64,000 nt of DNA, from the NCBI GenBank assembly GCA_013265495.1, contig MU058444.1:1364001-1428000 (forward strand), read 5' to 3'. This stretch comes from Vicugna vicugna. Taxonomy: Eukaryota. Of this stretch, positions 12,755 through 26,555 are shown in pieces. The position numbers were made by a program, and so were the translations under genes. Numbering within the stretch: the first letter of the stretch is position 1; every line of letters begins with the position of its first letter. Under the pieces are notes generated by a model. The model saw nothing but the letters and a program-made list of their open reading frames with translations, was not told the origin of the DNA and searched no databases.

Positions 12755-13095
12755 TTTAATAGCAGTTTTCTTGGGATATAATTTATGTACCAGAAATTTT
12801 ATTGTTTTAGAGTGTATAATTCTGAGGTTGTGAGCCCCTGTCCGCTATCTAAATCCAGAAGATTTCCATTACCCCAAAGCAAACCCCATACCTCTTAGCA
12901 GTGGTTCCCCAGTCTCCCCTCTCCCACACGCCCTCGTCGCCCAATAATCTTTCTTCCCCTGTGGATTTGTCTGTTCTGGACATTTCATGTCAATGGAATC
13001 ATATAACATGTGGCTGCTCTGCATCTGGCTTCTTTCACTTGGCCTAATGTTTTCAAGGTTCCTCCATGTCGTAGCCCATGCCACCACGTTGTTCC
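12755..13095 (-). mobile_element. L1MB-like 3' end
   Basis: ggatttgtctgttctggacatttcatgtcaatggaatcatataacatgtgg and tctggcttctttcacttggcctaatgttttcaaggttc. Confidence 0.8.
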
Positions 13096-14049
13096 TTTTA
13101 TCTTTATTGCTTCACTGCTTCATTTTTTCTGATTCTCTCTGGAGACCAAAGGCCTCAGCTGGTCTGGTCCACATGGCTGCCATGATATCTGGAGCTTAAC
13201 AGCTTACACAGTCACTCACTGAGGAAAGAATGGGACCCCCACACACACAACAACCACCGTGCAGAGAGAAGAGCTCTAATTGGTTGAACTTGGGCAAGGT
13301 TTCTCTTCCAGCCAATCAGCCTACCTTGGGTTCCTCCTTGGTACCAATCAACCGTAGTCAAGGCAACAGCACCAGGTGATGAAATTGTCTCATCTGACCC
13401 AACCATGTGGAACCAAGATGGAGTCACAAAGAGGAGTTACATCTCCCAGAATATTTGAGGATGAAAGAGTGTTCAGTGTAGTTATGTCAGACTAGTGAAG
13501 AATAAGGAAACATATTTAAAAATTTAAGCATATGCCACTGTAAACTTTATTTGTCCATTGGTTTATCCAGAAACCTTAGGCATTCGAGAGGAATTGTGCA
13601 AGGACAGTGAAAAAAAAAAACCTAGTTACCAAGGTTTGAATTAATAGAGGCCTATAGGTGTTTTCCCTTAATGAACACTGGTGACAACTCTTAGCCACTT
13701 TTTTTCTAGGAAACCGTAGGGTTTTGTGGGATAAAGTTGAAATGAAGGTCATATTGAACAGATGAATGAACAGACAAATAAGTTGTGGTGTATTTATTCA
13801 GTGGAAAACAGTATAACAGTGAAAATTGATTAATTACAATACGCAGCCATAGAGTGGAATCTCAAAAACATACTCACTCACTTTGGTATATATGTTTTAC
13901 AATTTTAGAAAAATGTATTCCCCCCCCTGCCCCGCAAACAAATATGGAGGGAGGAGAGAGAGAGAAAAATAAATGTGAGGGTGAATAACAGTTTGGGTGT
14001 GGGTTTAGGTTTTTTTTTTTTTCCCAAAAATGACAAGTGTTCCAAATTT

Positions 14050-14935
14050 GCTGACCTTTTCTGTAATAACTGGTCAGCACTTATACATTACTAACGGTAT
14101 ATGTAGAGGGCATGGTGAGGAAACTGTTTTATGTGACCATCAAGATAAAGATAATGCTTTTTAAGAGAATATGAGAGAGAATTTTGAAAATTCATTTTAA
14201 AAAATGCTTTTATCATTACTACATTTTGTGGCCAAAAATAATGTGTATTATCTGTAAAATTGTATATGTACGTGTTTTTTAAAACTTGTGATGAAAGGTA
14301 TTTATTAAGTCTTTTTAAAACATTCCAAATGAAAATTTTCAGTGAGAATTTAATTAGTTTGTTAAAATTGTTAAAATGTTTAACTTCAAAATAGTTTGCA
14401 AGGAAAATGGATTGACATCAAAGAAAATGGAAATTTAATAACCAAATTACAGTCAAAATTTTTAGATCTATGTATAGTTTTGAATTATCTTTTCTAGCTG
14501 AGAGCTGTAAAACCAAACTTGGAAGACAAAAAAAACTTGAAATCAGAGCAGACTTTCAAATTACTAGAACCCATTTTTTTAAGCAGATTCTAAAAATAAT
14601 AAAATTAATTCAATTACATTACCCTCACTGCAATATTAGCATTGATAAATTATTTTTCACCATTAATAAAGTAAGTTTTTCCTAAAATATTTACTTCAAA
14701 TGTATACATTTATTCCAAATCCATCAATTTATTTTAGAATCTTATTTATTTTAAAATGATCATTTTATTTTATTGTTAAATGTGTATTTTGTGTACTGCA
14801 TAATGTTTAATGTCTGCTATTCCAGTGGTTTATGTTTGTCACTTATATATGAATAAATATACAATATATGCACTCACACTACAAAATTTTAATAATAAGA
14901 CTACACAATTTTTAGAAGTTTGGAGACCAATGATC
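14050..14935. mobile_element. Possible degraded hAT/Charlie-type DNA transposon
   Basis: Very AT-rich block ending in aagtttggagaccaatg, which resembles a hAT terminus. Internal match not verifiable by eye. Confidence 0.35.
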
Positions 14936-17900
14936 TAAAAATCTTCCTATCAGCACATGAAATGTTCCATTTGGGTTTCTTGCCTTTAACCATGTGGTGA
15001 GAAGGCCAGTATTAGCCATAAAGTTGATTAAACAAGTATGAAATTTCTATATCCTTTGTCATGTAAATCCGTATTTTTATACCATCTTTGTAAGGTAATT
15101 GTTTGGAATGGTCATACAATTTGGTTCTTTCTTTAACCTGAGGTTCCAATCACTTGCCTAGAGCTTGCAAATGCTTTCTGATTTTTCAATATATTCAACA
15201 TACCAACAGTTAAATAGTACATTTTACAGACTATATGAGTGATTGAATTTCTAAGCAGAAAAGAAATGAATTTAGAAGGATGAATACTTTCTATTGTTGT
15301 GTACAGCTATGGTTTTAGACCCTTTGTACGTTCCAAACCTTGCAAAACATTTTTATATTTGCCTACATGAGACATCTTTCTTTTTTTTTTCTGGCAAATA
15401 ATCTGAGAGTCAGGAGACACACCATTTATGAAATTATGAAATTACCTTTGTCTTCCTCAGGCAGCCTTCGGCTATGTTTCTTCTACTGATTCTCTGCTTC
15501 TTTCTTGTAAAAGTCTCCCTCGATTTTAAAATATTATTATTTTTATTACAATGATTTTTAAGAGCTTGTGTGTTTGTCTCAATCGGGGAACACGAACTCT
15601 TTGAGGAGAGTGACTATGTCTTATCTAAACTTGTGGTCCAAGTTTTATTTTTGGTCCAAGATGGTCCAAGAATTATTTCTGAATAAATGAATTAGTCATA
15701 GACTCATATTCCTCACATCAGTGTTTCAAAAAAAAGTATTCAAAAGAAGAGTACCCCCTTGAAAGTCCCTATTTGTAGAGGAGTTTCACTGCCAAATACT
15801 CTTGTATGTTTTCTTACTGGAAACCCCAAATGCACATCAATCTGTTGTGCAAAAGGTCCTGAGAATCCCTACGATAAATAAGCCTGTTTAAATTTCTTTA
15901 ACTCAGTATTTCCCAAATATATATGTCAAATCTCTCATTTTTCAGAACGTGTTTTTCTGATCTTCTATGCAATAATACTCTTAGCAATGCTATGTGACAA
16001 CATTTCTGTTGTTAGATGCGCATGCAGAGAAAGCAGATAAAAGGAAGAGCTATCATTATACTCATGTAATTCGGTGGGTTGTTTGCCGCTAAAGTAAAGG
16101 AAATGAATTCTAAATAGTTAAATTATTGACCCATGTAGAACTATGTCATTTGCTTATATTAAAAACACATGGTGTTAATTGGTGTTAATTTTGTATACAT
16201 TTGGGGAGCAGGTTTGTAGTTTGACTTGTCTAAAAATGACTATAATATAATAACTAAAAAAACATGTGGTTTAAAATCAATTAAATCAACAGAACTCATA
16301 AATCCAGGCCACCAATTGCCCTCTGTAGTGTCAGCCTCCCAGAGTCTCCATATTTAAACCCATGGCGTTAAATCTCTCTCGGGATAGTTCACCAACCACA
16401 AAAATCAAATCCTCACCATCTTTTAAATATGACCTCAATGCCATTAAGCATTTGCCCATCAAGTTTATTTTTCAACTTTGGATTTCAGTTTTCCTATTCT
16501 GTTATTTTAAAGAAAATCTGTTCTCAAAGGGTGTAATTTTTTAACTGCGGAAGTTACTGAAAATGACTTCATTGGGTAAATGAGCATTTTTAATTAATAG
16601 CATTTGTCCTGAAAAAAATTGACATTTAGAAATCACTCTCATTCCTTTATATAGTTGCCATGAGATGATTCTATAGAAATTTAGCAATGAATATGTTAAT
16701 TATTTGTGATTTTCCTAAGATTACAGATTTTATTAACTCAGAGTATTTAAAGAAAATACCATTTAGGTGAATAGAATATAGAAATAAATTGCAAATAATT
16801 AGCTATTTTTTCCTTCAAAGGTTATCAGTTATCTACATAACAAAATAGAATGAATATCAGTGGAAGATTAATTCTTAGACGTTATGTGTAGATAACAAAC
16901 CAGCTTAAAGTTTGACTCTTTTTAGTGACAGAAAATGTTATATGATGGGTATTTTTTCACATGAAAAAACAGTGAGTTATTTTATTCAGTCTCAACAATG
17001 TGATTTATGGCAGGTGAGACGGGCAGAAATAAACACAAAAACATAAGAATCCAACCCATAATGCTTTAGAATTCTTTATGCTATTGATTGAGACCAAATC
17101 CAAATGTGTTAATGTAGATTCTGCAAACTCTAAACTCTTTGCTCCATGGAAAGCATCAAGCCTACAAAGGGAAGAAGAACATTTCAATTTTCTGTGTATC
17201 TTGTTTTCTTCCTTGGGAGAGGAGGTCAGAGAGGACACTTCCATTCAAAGAAGCAACAGAACCGAGGCGAACAGCTCTGATAATGAGGAGAGAATTTGTT
17301 TTCTCTGCCCTTTCTAAAGGATTAAATTACTTGAAATCAATCCAGTTACAACACGAATGACGATCCAATCACCACGACTTAGGAGGAAGTACCAGGCACA
17401 CTTTCCATTTTGCATTCTGTCCAGGGAACTCTCTAACAGATAAAGGAAGAAGAACGGGAAATGAACAAGAAAGACAAATAACTCTACCTTTGCACAGATT
17501 TTGGGACCACACACTTTGGCTTTTTGAAAACTGCTTTCCACATAGCTTTCTTTCCTGTACAAATGTTATTTATAACGATTATATGATTAATAAAAATAAA
17601 GACTGGGACTGGGGTAGGATTGTTAACAAATGATGTCTATGGGTAGAGAAAAGGATGGACAAGCTTGTCTCTAAATGCTAGGAGATGCTAAACGCTTTTT
17701 CTCAAACATAGTGGAGATCCACACACATATTTTAATCCTTAGTTGCTCAGCTGTTTTTAATGATTTATGAATGGCATTTACTCTGGATGTAATAAAATCC
17801 AAAGCCACTTCCTACTTCTATATACACAGCATTATCATTGTGTAAATTTCCACAATGCAGATTTTTGACGTAAGTCAAACAGATTAGTTTTACCTTTTTT

Positions 17901-18730
17901 TTTAATTTAGAAGAATTGAAATCACACTGTATATTAATTCTGCACAGTTGCACACAGAGGCACAGAATTAACATGCAGACTTGACTATAAATCATGCAAG
18001 TATAGAATGACCTTCAGTGTAGTATCTGTGATCTATGTAGTATGACTCTGATTAAGAAAGTGCCAGTTCACGAAGGAAAATGTAACCTGTGCGAAAAATA
18101 TCCTACTGACCTAAAGTTCCATTCTATCATTTAGCCTTTTGTTGTTTTTCACACTGTTGGCCCTAATCATAAAATGCACTGCTTTAGTCAGACTCGGTGC
18201 TTTGATCAAATAGTCTCACGTGGGAGGGAGGTGGGTTGGTCATCCGTTGGATCTCAGAGGATGGGCAGAGAGAGCCAGTGATCACCAAAGTGGTGAAGGA
18301 TACTGAAACAAGAGATGTTTAAGGGGTCAAGAGTGGAGCTGGAAGTTGAGTTTAGGAAGCTCTAGAAGTGAGTCAAAATCCAGAGAGTAGAGGACATACC
18401 AGCATGTAGATGCATAGATACCAGAGTTGGGAGGTAGGTGGACACAAAGCAGGGAGGGTTGCGAGTGGTCCCCTAACGTGGGTATTGGGTGTATTGTTGC
18501 CCCAGGCTGGCTTTAAAGAATTTACAAGGAGTGACCTAGAGAAAGTCTGGCAGGCGAAGGACTGTCAGTTGGACTTCTTCACTGGACATTTCCTTTTCGG
18601 CTGTCTATGTGTTTTTTTCCCCAGCAAACCAAACTAAACAATTTGAGAAAATATACTGTCTCTTCTAGTTTTAACCCATTGAAAAGACAATAAAATGAAA
18701 GTCAGAAGAATTAATTCCAGCTTTAATGTT

Positions 18731-19328
18731 TGTATCTATTTTCTATCTTTGCCATAACAAATTGTCACCAGTGTAGCAGCTTCAACATCACTAACTCTGA
18801 GTTTGGTAAGTCAGAGTCTCAGCTGATTTCTCCTTCTCACGGGCTGTCATCAATAAGGCGGCAGGACAGGTTCTTACTGGGATGCTCGAGGGAAGAATCT
18901 GCTTCCAGGGTCATTTAGGTTGTTCCTTGCGGGTGTAGGACTGAGGTTCCCATCTCCTTGCTGATTGTCAGCTGTGACTGTTCACAGCTTCTAAGGGCTG
19001 CCCATGTTCTCTGGCTCATGCCCTCTTCCTCATCTTCCAAGCCAGCAATGTAGGTCAAGGTCTTCTTACCCTTTACGTCTCCCTCCTGCCACCCTTCCCT
19101 AGCCTCTCTCTTCTGCCACATCTGTTTCCATCTTCCATTCATGTGATTACAATGGGCATACCCAGATAGTGCAAGATAATCTCCCTATTTTAAAGTCACC
19201 TGACTAGCAATCTTAGAGTCCCATCTGCAAAGTCCCTTAACTGTAGGGTTTAAATTCATCTGTGACTAAACCACCCAGGGAAGGAAAGCTTGGCTGGAGA
19301 GGGCACCTTTGGAATTCTGCCTATAACA
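18731..19328 (-). mobile_element. MaLR solo LTR (MLT1E/F-like)
   Basis: gccataacaaattgtcacca, gggaagaatctgcttccagg, caagataatctccctattttaaagtca, ending ctgcctataaca. Confidence 0.85.
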
Positions 19329-19892
19329 GTTTTATTAGGAAAACATCATGTGATCCTGGACAAGGAAGTGCCTCCCCTGAGATACAGTTTCCCAGTGCAA
19401 AATTAAGAAATTAGATCACATAAATGTTAACTTTCTTTCCAGCTCTGTTTCTTCACCTAAAATCTCCTGTCCTTTGCAAAGGTTAGTGCCCAATGAATAT
19501 TTTGCTGTTTGAGATGAAATAAATGGCCATAAAATTGTTGACTATTGACCTTGTCTCATTTTTTTTAAAAATAAAACTATATTGTGGTAATAGAAGTTTA
19601 TGTAATTTATGGTATTCTATTATATACCTAAATAAAAACTCATATAAAAATTTAAGAGTCATAGTGACAAAGTTGAAAAACAAACCACTCCACTGCCCTG
19701 TTTGCTACTCCCAGAACTGGCAGATTCTGCTATTTACATCATTCAATGTTATAGTTATGACTTTAAGTAATACTTATATTTTTCTGTTTTGATGTAGACT
19801 GTACTATTGCTTAGTGGCTGTAAAACATGAGGAATTTACCAAAACTGCACTCCATTGCCCTCCTCCACTTACATCCCAAGTGTGTTGGTGAC

Positions 19893-20342
19893 TGAGGCAG
19901 ATTTTATTTTCCAAAATACGACCTTTCACTCCCCCTCTTACAGAGTGGTGTCGCCTCTCCTCTCAGTGACATGTGGGATGCCCCTTGCCTCCCCCTGAAT
20001 CTCAAGTGCTTGCGATAACAGCAGAAGTGATGTAATTTGACTTGCGAGGGTAGCTCTTAAAAGCCAGCACAACTTTCTCATGGTTCCCTGGGGAGGTATA
20101 TTCTTGGAACCCAGCCACCACGCTCTGAAGAAACCCAGATCGCAAGGAGCCAGCATCAAGCCCCAGACCTGTGGGGAAGCCTTGGAGATGACGCTACGCC
20201 CAGCCACCACCTGACAGTAGCCACCCGAGACACCCAGAGTCGTTAAGCCAAGTCAATTCCCAGAACCGTGAGAGAGAATAATAACATGATTGTTGTTGTT
20301 TTAAGCTACTAGGTTTTGGGTCAGCAACAGGTAACTGGAATA
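19893..20342 (+). mobile_element. MaLR solo LTR (MLT1G/H-like)
   Basis: cagcagaagtgatg, ggaacccagccacca, and 3' end gttgttttaagctactaggttttggg...cagcaacaggtaactggaa. Confidence 0.8.
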
Positions 20343-20432
20343 GTTATATCTATATTTTATATTAAGTTTTATTGTCTCAGGATTCTGGTCAGAAATTCAA
20401 TGATAGTTTTGTTTGATTTGAAGAATAGTTCA

Positions 20433-21023
20433 TTTTATTTTTTTTCTGATTTTAATTTTTTTTTAATTTTCATAGTTTTTAAAGGTTACACTCCATTTAG
20501 AGTTATTACAAAATATTGGCTATATTCCCCGTGTTGTAAAATACATCCTAATAGCCTGTCTTACACCCAGTAGTTTCTACCTCCCAGTCCCTCACCCCTA
20601 CATTGTCCTTCCCCACCAACTGATAACTACTAGTTTGTTCTCCATATCTATGAGTCTGCTTTTTTTTTGTCCTATTCATTGTTTGTTGTATTTTTTAGAT
20701 TTCATATGTAAGTGATATCATATAGTATTTGCCTTTCTCTGTCTGACTTACTTCACTACCTATGATAATCTCTAAGTCCATCCATGTTGCTGTAAAGGGC
20801 AAAATATCATTCTTTTTTATGGCTGAGTAGTATTCCATTCCATGAAATATATATATACCACATTTTCTTTGTCCATTCATCTGTTGATGGACACAGTTTG
20901 CTTTTCACCTTGGCAACTATAAATAATGCTACTACACACATTGAAGTGCATGTATCTTTTTGAATTAGTGTTTTGGTCATTTTCAGATATATACCAGCAG
21001 TGGAATTGCTGGGTCATGTGGTA
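20433..21023 (-). mobile_element. L1 3' end (artiodactyl type)
   Basis: T-rich tail. ORF 20695-20880 reads [23 protein letters not shown], which is the L1 ORF2p C-terminus. Confidence 0.9.
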
Positions 21024-21024
21024 A

Positions 21025-21168
21025 GGATACCCACTCTTGCCACTTTTATTCAATATAGTTTTGGAAATCCTAGCCACAGCAATTAGAGAAGAAAAATAAA
21101 TGAAAGGAATCCAAATTGGAAAACAAAGAGTAAAACTGTCACTGTTCGCAGATGACATGATTCTATTC
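21025..21168 (+). mobile_element. Inverted L1 ORF2 reverse-transcriptase fragment
   Basis: Translates [47 protein letters not shown], including the FADD motif. Confidence 0.92.
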
Positions 21169-21379
21169 ATTATAGTATATAAAGAATAAAAACAAAATGT
21201 AGTGTATTATGATTATATAAATGTAACTTAATGCAGAATTGAGAAAATGGATAGGACCCCTAACGAAGAAAATGCATGCCTATGTCACTAAGTCTCTGAA
21301 ACCCACAGGGGAATGTCCCAAACACCAGGGTCCATCATAAGCTCTATTAATCAGCTGTCATAATTACCTGTCACCCTTC

Positions 21380-22520
21380 TTATCTGAAGACATCCTCTTC
21401 TTCTAGTGTTCCTTTTCATTTCAGTTGAGAAATTTTCTCTTCATGAGGCATACATGAACACGAAATATTCTGAGTTATGATGCAATTTTAAATGCCTATT
21501 TTTGCCCTCCTACTTTCTTGATAATGTGGTGTGATTCTTTGTGTCCGATGTTATTTTTGATCCATTGGTTCATCTTTAACTCATTTGTGTGCAATCTATT
21601 TCTTGAGTTTAATCTCTTTACTGAGAAAATTTTGGAATGTTCTCCCTCTTCGTTGGGATTTTGATTTTTCACCAGGAGACATGCATGTGTAGGCCTTTCT
21701 TAGTCCACCCCTTCAGGCAATGATGGGTCCTTTCAATTTGAAGAAACTGTGTCTTGTTGTCATATGGAGAAATTTTCTTTTATTATCTCTTTGATTGGTT
21801 TCTTCCATTTTTTTGTCCTTCCCTCTGCTTCTGGACATGTTTTTAAACACCTCCTAGATCTGTCTTCTATGCCTCTCACATTTCTTCTCATGTCATTTGA
21901 ACATTTGTCTTTAATTCTGCATTATGGATTAGTTTCTTGTTTATAGAGAGATAACTAATTGGTTTTTTAGACTAACCCATTTTATCCTTTAGTCCATTCA
22001 CTTGATTTGTTTCAATTTTGTAAAAAAAAAACAACTTATAGTTTCTGTCTTGATTCTTAATTGTTCATTCTTCAGCAGCCATCTAGTCTTTCTTTATTGA
22101 TATACTGTCTCTCAAATCTCTCTGAATTCCCCCGGTGTTTCTCAAGTGAGTTAGCCTCCCGAGGGACAATTGGCAACACCTGGAGATATTTTTGCTTGTC
22201 ACAGTTATGAGATTTGCTACTGATCTGATGGGTATAGGTCAGGGATGTTGTGACATTCCCTACAATTCATAGGAACACCCACTGGAAGAATTACATGGCC
22301 CCAAATGTCAATGGTGCAAAGTTGGGAAACTCAGGGATATACCTGTTAGAAATTTAAAATTCCCTTTGTTCCATATATCACCTGTAATTCCTTTGGAGTG
22401 AGTGGATATATTTTCTGCCTTCTGTTTATGTTGTATGTGTGATCTTAGTTCTTAGTTCACATTTACACAAAAAGTACAGTGTTAACTCATGGATTTTCTG
22501 TCTGCTTGGGTTGTCTCTTT
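21380..22520 (-). mobile_element. Ancient L1ME/HAL1-like fragments interrupted by MER20
   Basis: T-rich antisense L1-like text, e.g. gggtcctttcaatttgaaga and ggagaaattttcttttattatctctttg. Confidence 0.5.
22134..22334. mobile_element. MER20 (hAT-Charlie)
   Basis: gggacaattggcaacacctggagatatttttgcttgtcaca and ggccccaaatgtcaatggtgcaaagttgggaaac, with decayed TIRs. Confidence 0.85.
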
Positions 22521-22727
22521 TCCCAAGAGCTCAAATAAGAGAGCCAACTATTGTTTTCTGTTAGACAGTCGGGTCATGTCAACAGATCACTTCTTGGTCG
22601 AATGCTCGATTATGGAACAGGCAGACTAGAGATCCCTTAAATTATCAAATTAAAGAGACTTTTACTCTGGGGATAAAGTAATGTACTGTATCCCACTACC
22701 AGATCAAAGTTTTGTTTTTCTTTTTTT

Positions 22728-22770
22728 CCTCTCTCTGTCTCTCTCTGTCTCTCTCTCTCTCTCTCTCTTT
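22728..22770 (+). repeat. (CT)n microsatellite
   Basis: Read directly. Confidence 0.85.
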
Positions 22771-23399
22771 CTCGATCTCTCTTTGTTAGCATTTTCTCAG
22801 TGTGTGATGTATAAAGGTCTGGAGTTATTTCAGAACCTTCCCTACTGTCTCACAGGGTCCACATTCACTCTAGAATACCTCCCCAGAAGGGTGTTAGGTT
22901 CTAGCCCAGAGGCAAACGCTGCTGCCTTCAGTCATGTTATCTGCTTCTGTGGCAAAGGAGGAGGGAGACGGAATAGGACAGTTCAGATTCTGCTATGACT
23001 AAAGCAGTTATTTAATTCATTAATTTCCCTGATGGTTCCCAGGACCCTCTCGCAGTCTTTGTATTGTCTATGATCTTAGGGTTTCTCTTGGGCTCCATTA
23101 GGATTGATTGCTTTCACTTCTGGAATCTTGGCTTCGATTCTTCTGTTCTGTTTTCTCCATTAATCTCCATCCCACCTGTTTTTTAGCTTCCAGGGTTTGT
23201 TTAAACTTTCTGGTCCACTGGTAGCTCTATTTCCTGTTTTCCAAGACAATTGTGTTTGGGTTCCTTATTTAAAATATTGGTCCCAATGATTTTAATGAAA
23301 CTATGGGTAGGAGGAACATGCAAAGCGGAAGCTTCCCTGAATCAATTACAGACCTTGGCTTTAATAGATATTCATCATTTTTTATTTCCAAATGCCCTG

Positions 23400-23520
23400 T
23401 ATGTGGTCATGTTCCCTAGAATCATACACTTAGACATTAATTCTTATGTGAGTGATTTATTGAGGAAATGCTGATAGGGGAATTAGTAAGGGAGTGGGAC
23501 GGGCAGGGAAGGAGGTTGCC
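23400..23520. mobile_element. Old ERVL-type LTR fragment, apparently interrupted by MLT1D
   Basis: gttccctagaatcatacacttagaca...gtgatttattgaggaaatgct...gggagtgggacgggcagggaagg. Subfamily uncertain. Confidence 0.45.
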
Positions 23521-23523
23521 AAA

Positions 23524-23965
23524 TATGATAAGCAAATAATACTGTCCCCCCCCACAAGAAAATGTAGCCCATTCTAACCCCTGGAACCCAAGAATATGTT
23601 ATCTCACATGGCAAAAGGAATCTTGCAGCTCGATTAAGTGAAGGTCTTGATACAGAGAGATTCCCTGGACGATGCAAGTGGACCTTTGAAAGTGAAGCAA
23701 GAGGCAGGAGTCAGAGGTTGAGGGGGATTGGAAGATGCTCCTTGACTGGCCTTGAAGATGAAGGAAGGGCCCGCAAACCAAGAAATGGAGACAGCTTCTA
23801 GAATCTAGAGAAGACAAGGACACAATCCTCCCATAGAACCTCCAGAAGGTTGACGACACTAAAACACTTTACTAGCCTGAAGGAACCAATTCTGGACTCT
23901 TGATTTTCTCTTCATGTGGCTTTATGCCACTGAGTTTATGGTACTTTGTTATAGCAGCAATGGGG
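23524..23965 (+). mobile_element. MaLR solo LTR (MLT1C/D-like)
   Basis: gaatatgttatctcacatggcaaaagg, ggccttgaagatgaaggaagggcc, gccactgagtttatggtactttgttatagcagcaat. Confidence 0.88.
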
Positions 23966-25602
23966 GTGAGCACATCAAGCATGGGTGAGACTGGGGGAAA
24001 CCCATCAGGGAGCATCTTTGGCCCAGCCTCCAGAGCCAGGACCGCCTTGGAGTGGCCCACCGGAAGGGGTCTGCAGCTTGCAGGTGCGTACTTGCCCTGC
24101 TGATTGTTAGTTACAGGTAATCCCCAGGTACTTCCGGCTCTCTGCCTGAGGTGAGGAAAACAGATAGTCGTAAAAAGGGCTCTTGGCTAAGCACTGACAT
24201 CATTCATCAGACCTCTCTTCACCTCACCTTCCTTTTAGAGACCCCGCCATTCTGTCTGCAGGATTTCAGAGAGGTAAGAACTCTCTAAATGCCCATTTTC
24301 CAAGCCTTGGTCTCCAGCAATCGATTGATTTCCTATGGCACTAATTTCTAGTTTTTTATCTAGAGAAGTATTTTTTTTTTACTAAGATATCATCAGTTTC
24401 TATTTCTTGCAACATAAGATTTGAACAACATAGCAGGAAAGACCCTTCAGGAAAATGTAAGGAATTTGGCGTTGGCCATCTGACTGAGATGGAGTAGAAG
24501 GCAGCAAACGTCTCCTTAATAGTTTAAGACGGGAACCGAATGGCTCAACAGGAAGTGATGGCACCTGAGTAAAGGTATTATCCAAGATCATCAGTAATCA
24601 AGTGACCATCGGAGGCAAAGATCTAGGGTATTGTGAGTCTGGTACTAAGGAACAACATAAATGATATAAGGAAATCAAAGACTGAGAGGTGAGTAAGTAA
24701 TCCTAGATCTGGAAAGCTTACAGGAAAAAAAAAATCTAAATACTAAATGATAAGCTCACAGAATACTTCCAATCACACACATTCAATTAACACTCTTACA
24801 CTTCCCAGACATAAATAGAGTAAGGACAGAACCGAACAAAAATGGTAACTGGTTATACATGACATTTGGTTGCTTAAGTTGAGCAGGGGAGAGACAGGAG
24901 GGATTTCTGGTGTCAGGGACCCAGGCAGGCATGTCTCCGCTGGACTCTTGAAGGAGAGAAGCGACCAGAATTGGTAAGCTATTCTAAGGAAATATTCAGG
25001 AAGGGATATGGGGACAGGTGATGAGAAGTGGAGTCTTTCTACTCCATGGTATTTCCAAGATCAACCACCCTTGAGGGACATAACATGGAAGATTCTTTCC
25101 TAATGTATTTTAGTCACCACTGTATGCAACTTTGGAGAAGTCTCCAGTTATAAGGATTTTTTAAATGAAAGTTTTCATCATATATCTCCCATCAGAGACT
25201 AAATAATGAACCATGGTTGTCAAAACAAATAACCTTGTGTTCATTAGGGGAACATATAAATATCAATGGCCAATAGTATACAGATACTCATAAAACAAAA
25301 TACATCCGCCAATAAGAGACAATAGTTAGGTTTCAGGATCCTTCCATCACATAATTAAACTCTAAACTACCCCCTTTTTTGAAGAATTTTAAATTTTTAA
25401 GGAAAGATTTAAAAGAATTGTGACTAAGTCATTATTCTCTTGACACAAAATAAGAGGAAAAAGTTTCATTATTCTTGGGAAACACCTTGACCTTCAGCTT
25501 CCTAGAGTGACAATTTGGAATTTGGGAACTTCCAACAGAAACTCACCAATTGTTCTTTATTGCCATGAGGACTAATGGGAAATAAAGTATATGATATAGA
25601 AA

Positions 25603-25606
25603 TACA

Positions 25607-25643
<37 letters not shown>
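25603..25643 (+). repeat. (CA)n microsatellite
   Basis: Read directly, with one interruption. Confidence 0.92.
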
Positions 25644-25645
<2 letters not shown>

Positions 25646-26072
25646 CAACTGCAAAGTTACAGAAAAAGAAATTGTGAAAATAATCCCAACTATACGTAAA
25701 TGCTGTTTGTTTAAAGAATAATAATTACCTTTGTGATTTGAGAACGATGTTGAAAATTAACATGTACAACACAAAACAAATTTGGTTTCTTTCACTTTTA
25801 TCATAATGTAATATAAGATGTGATCCTAAGAGTAGACCTTGAGTTTAATTCCCTTGAAGAAATAATAATCATGTGAGAGATACTGGACATTTATATCCCT
25901 TCTAGAAATAGCTGTATAAAGCAAGACCTCCATTTTCTCAGAACTAACATTTTTGAGAAACTAGAGCAGAGTGATACTCTCAGGGCTTCTGTTCTGTCAG
26001 CCAAGCATGTTCCATCACTGAAAAAGAGAAGAGCAACCTTGGAACAAAACTCCAACCCATGTTTGTAGAGCT

Positions 26073-26555
26073 CTATCAGTAAGCTAAGTCCTCAATGATG
26101 CTGCATAATGATCAACCACAAACATCTCAACAGCATGCAGGAATAAGTACGTATTTACTCCAAGTCTTCAGGTCACCTGTGGGTTAGCTGATCTAAGCTG
26201 GGCAGGACTTGGCAGCTCTGTTGATCTTGACTGGACTCCTTCATGTTCCCATAGGTCTTGAACTACAAGAGTTTCTTATCCTTCTCCCAGAACAGCAAGC
26301 TAACCTAAATATATCTTCATGGTATTGGTAGAGGTGCAGTCGAGAACACCCAATCATGCAAGTACTTTCCAAGGATATTTCCATATCATACCCACCAATC
26401 TTCCATGGGATGAAGTAAGTTAAGGGGTCAAGTTCTAAGGCAAGGAGTGTAGAGAGACTCTTCACCTTTTAGTGAGAGGAAATTTAAAGGCCAGTGACAA
26501 GGGGTGTGCGTACAGGGGAGGATGGGTCTGTTGATACAGTCTGCCATGACTCCCA
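26073..26555 (-). mobile_element. MaLR solo LTR (MLT1I/J-like)
   Basis: gctgcataatgatcaaccacaaacatctcaacagcatgca, gctgatctaagctgggc, tgacaaggggtgtgcgtacagggg. Confidence 0.7.

Noticed and set aside
15634..15670. Three copies of tggtccaag
   Set aside because: Short local slippage with irregular spacing; not an array or CRISPR-like structure.
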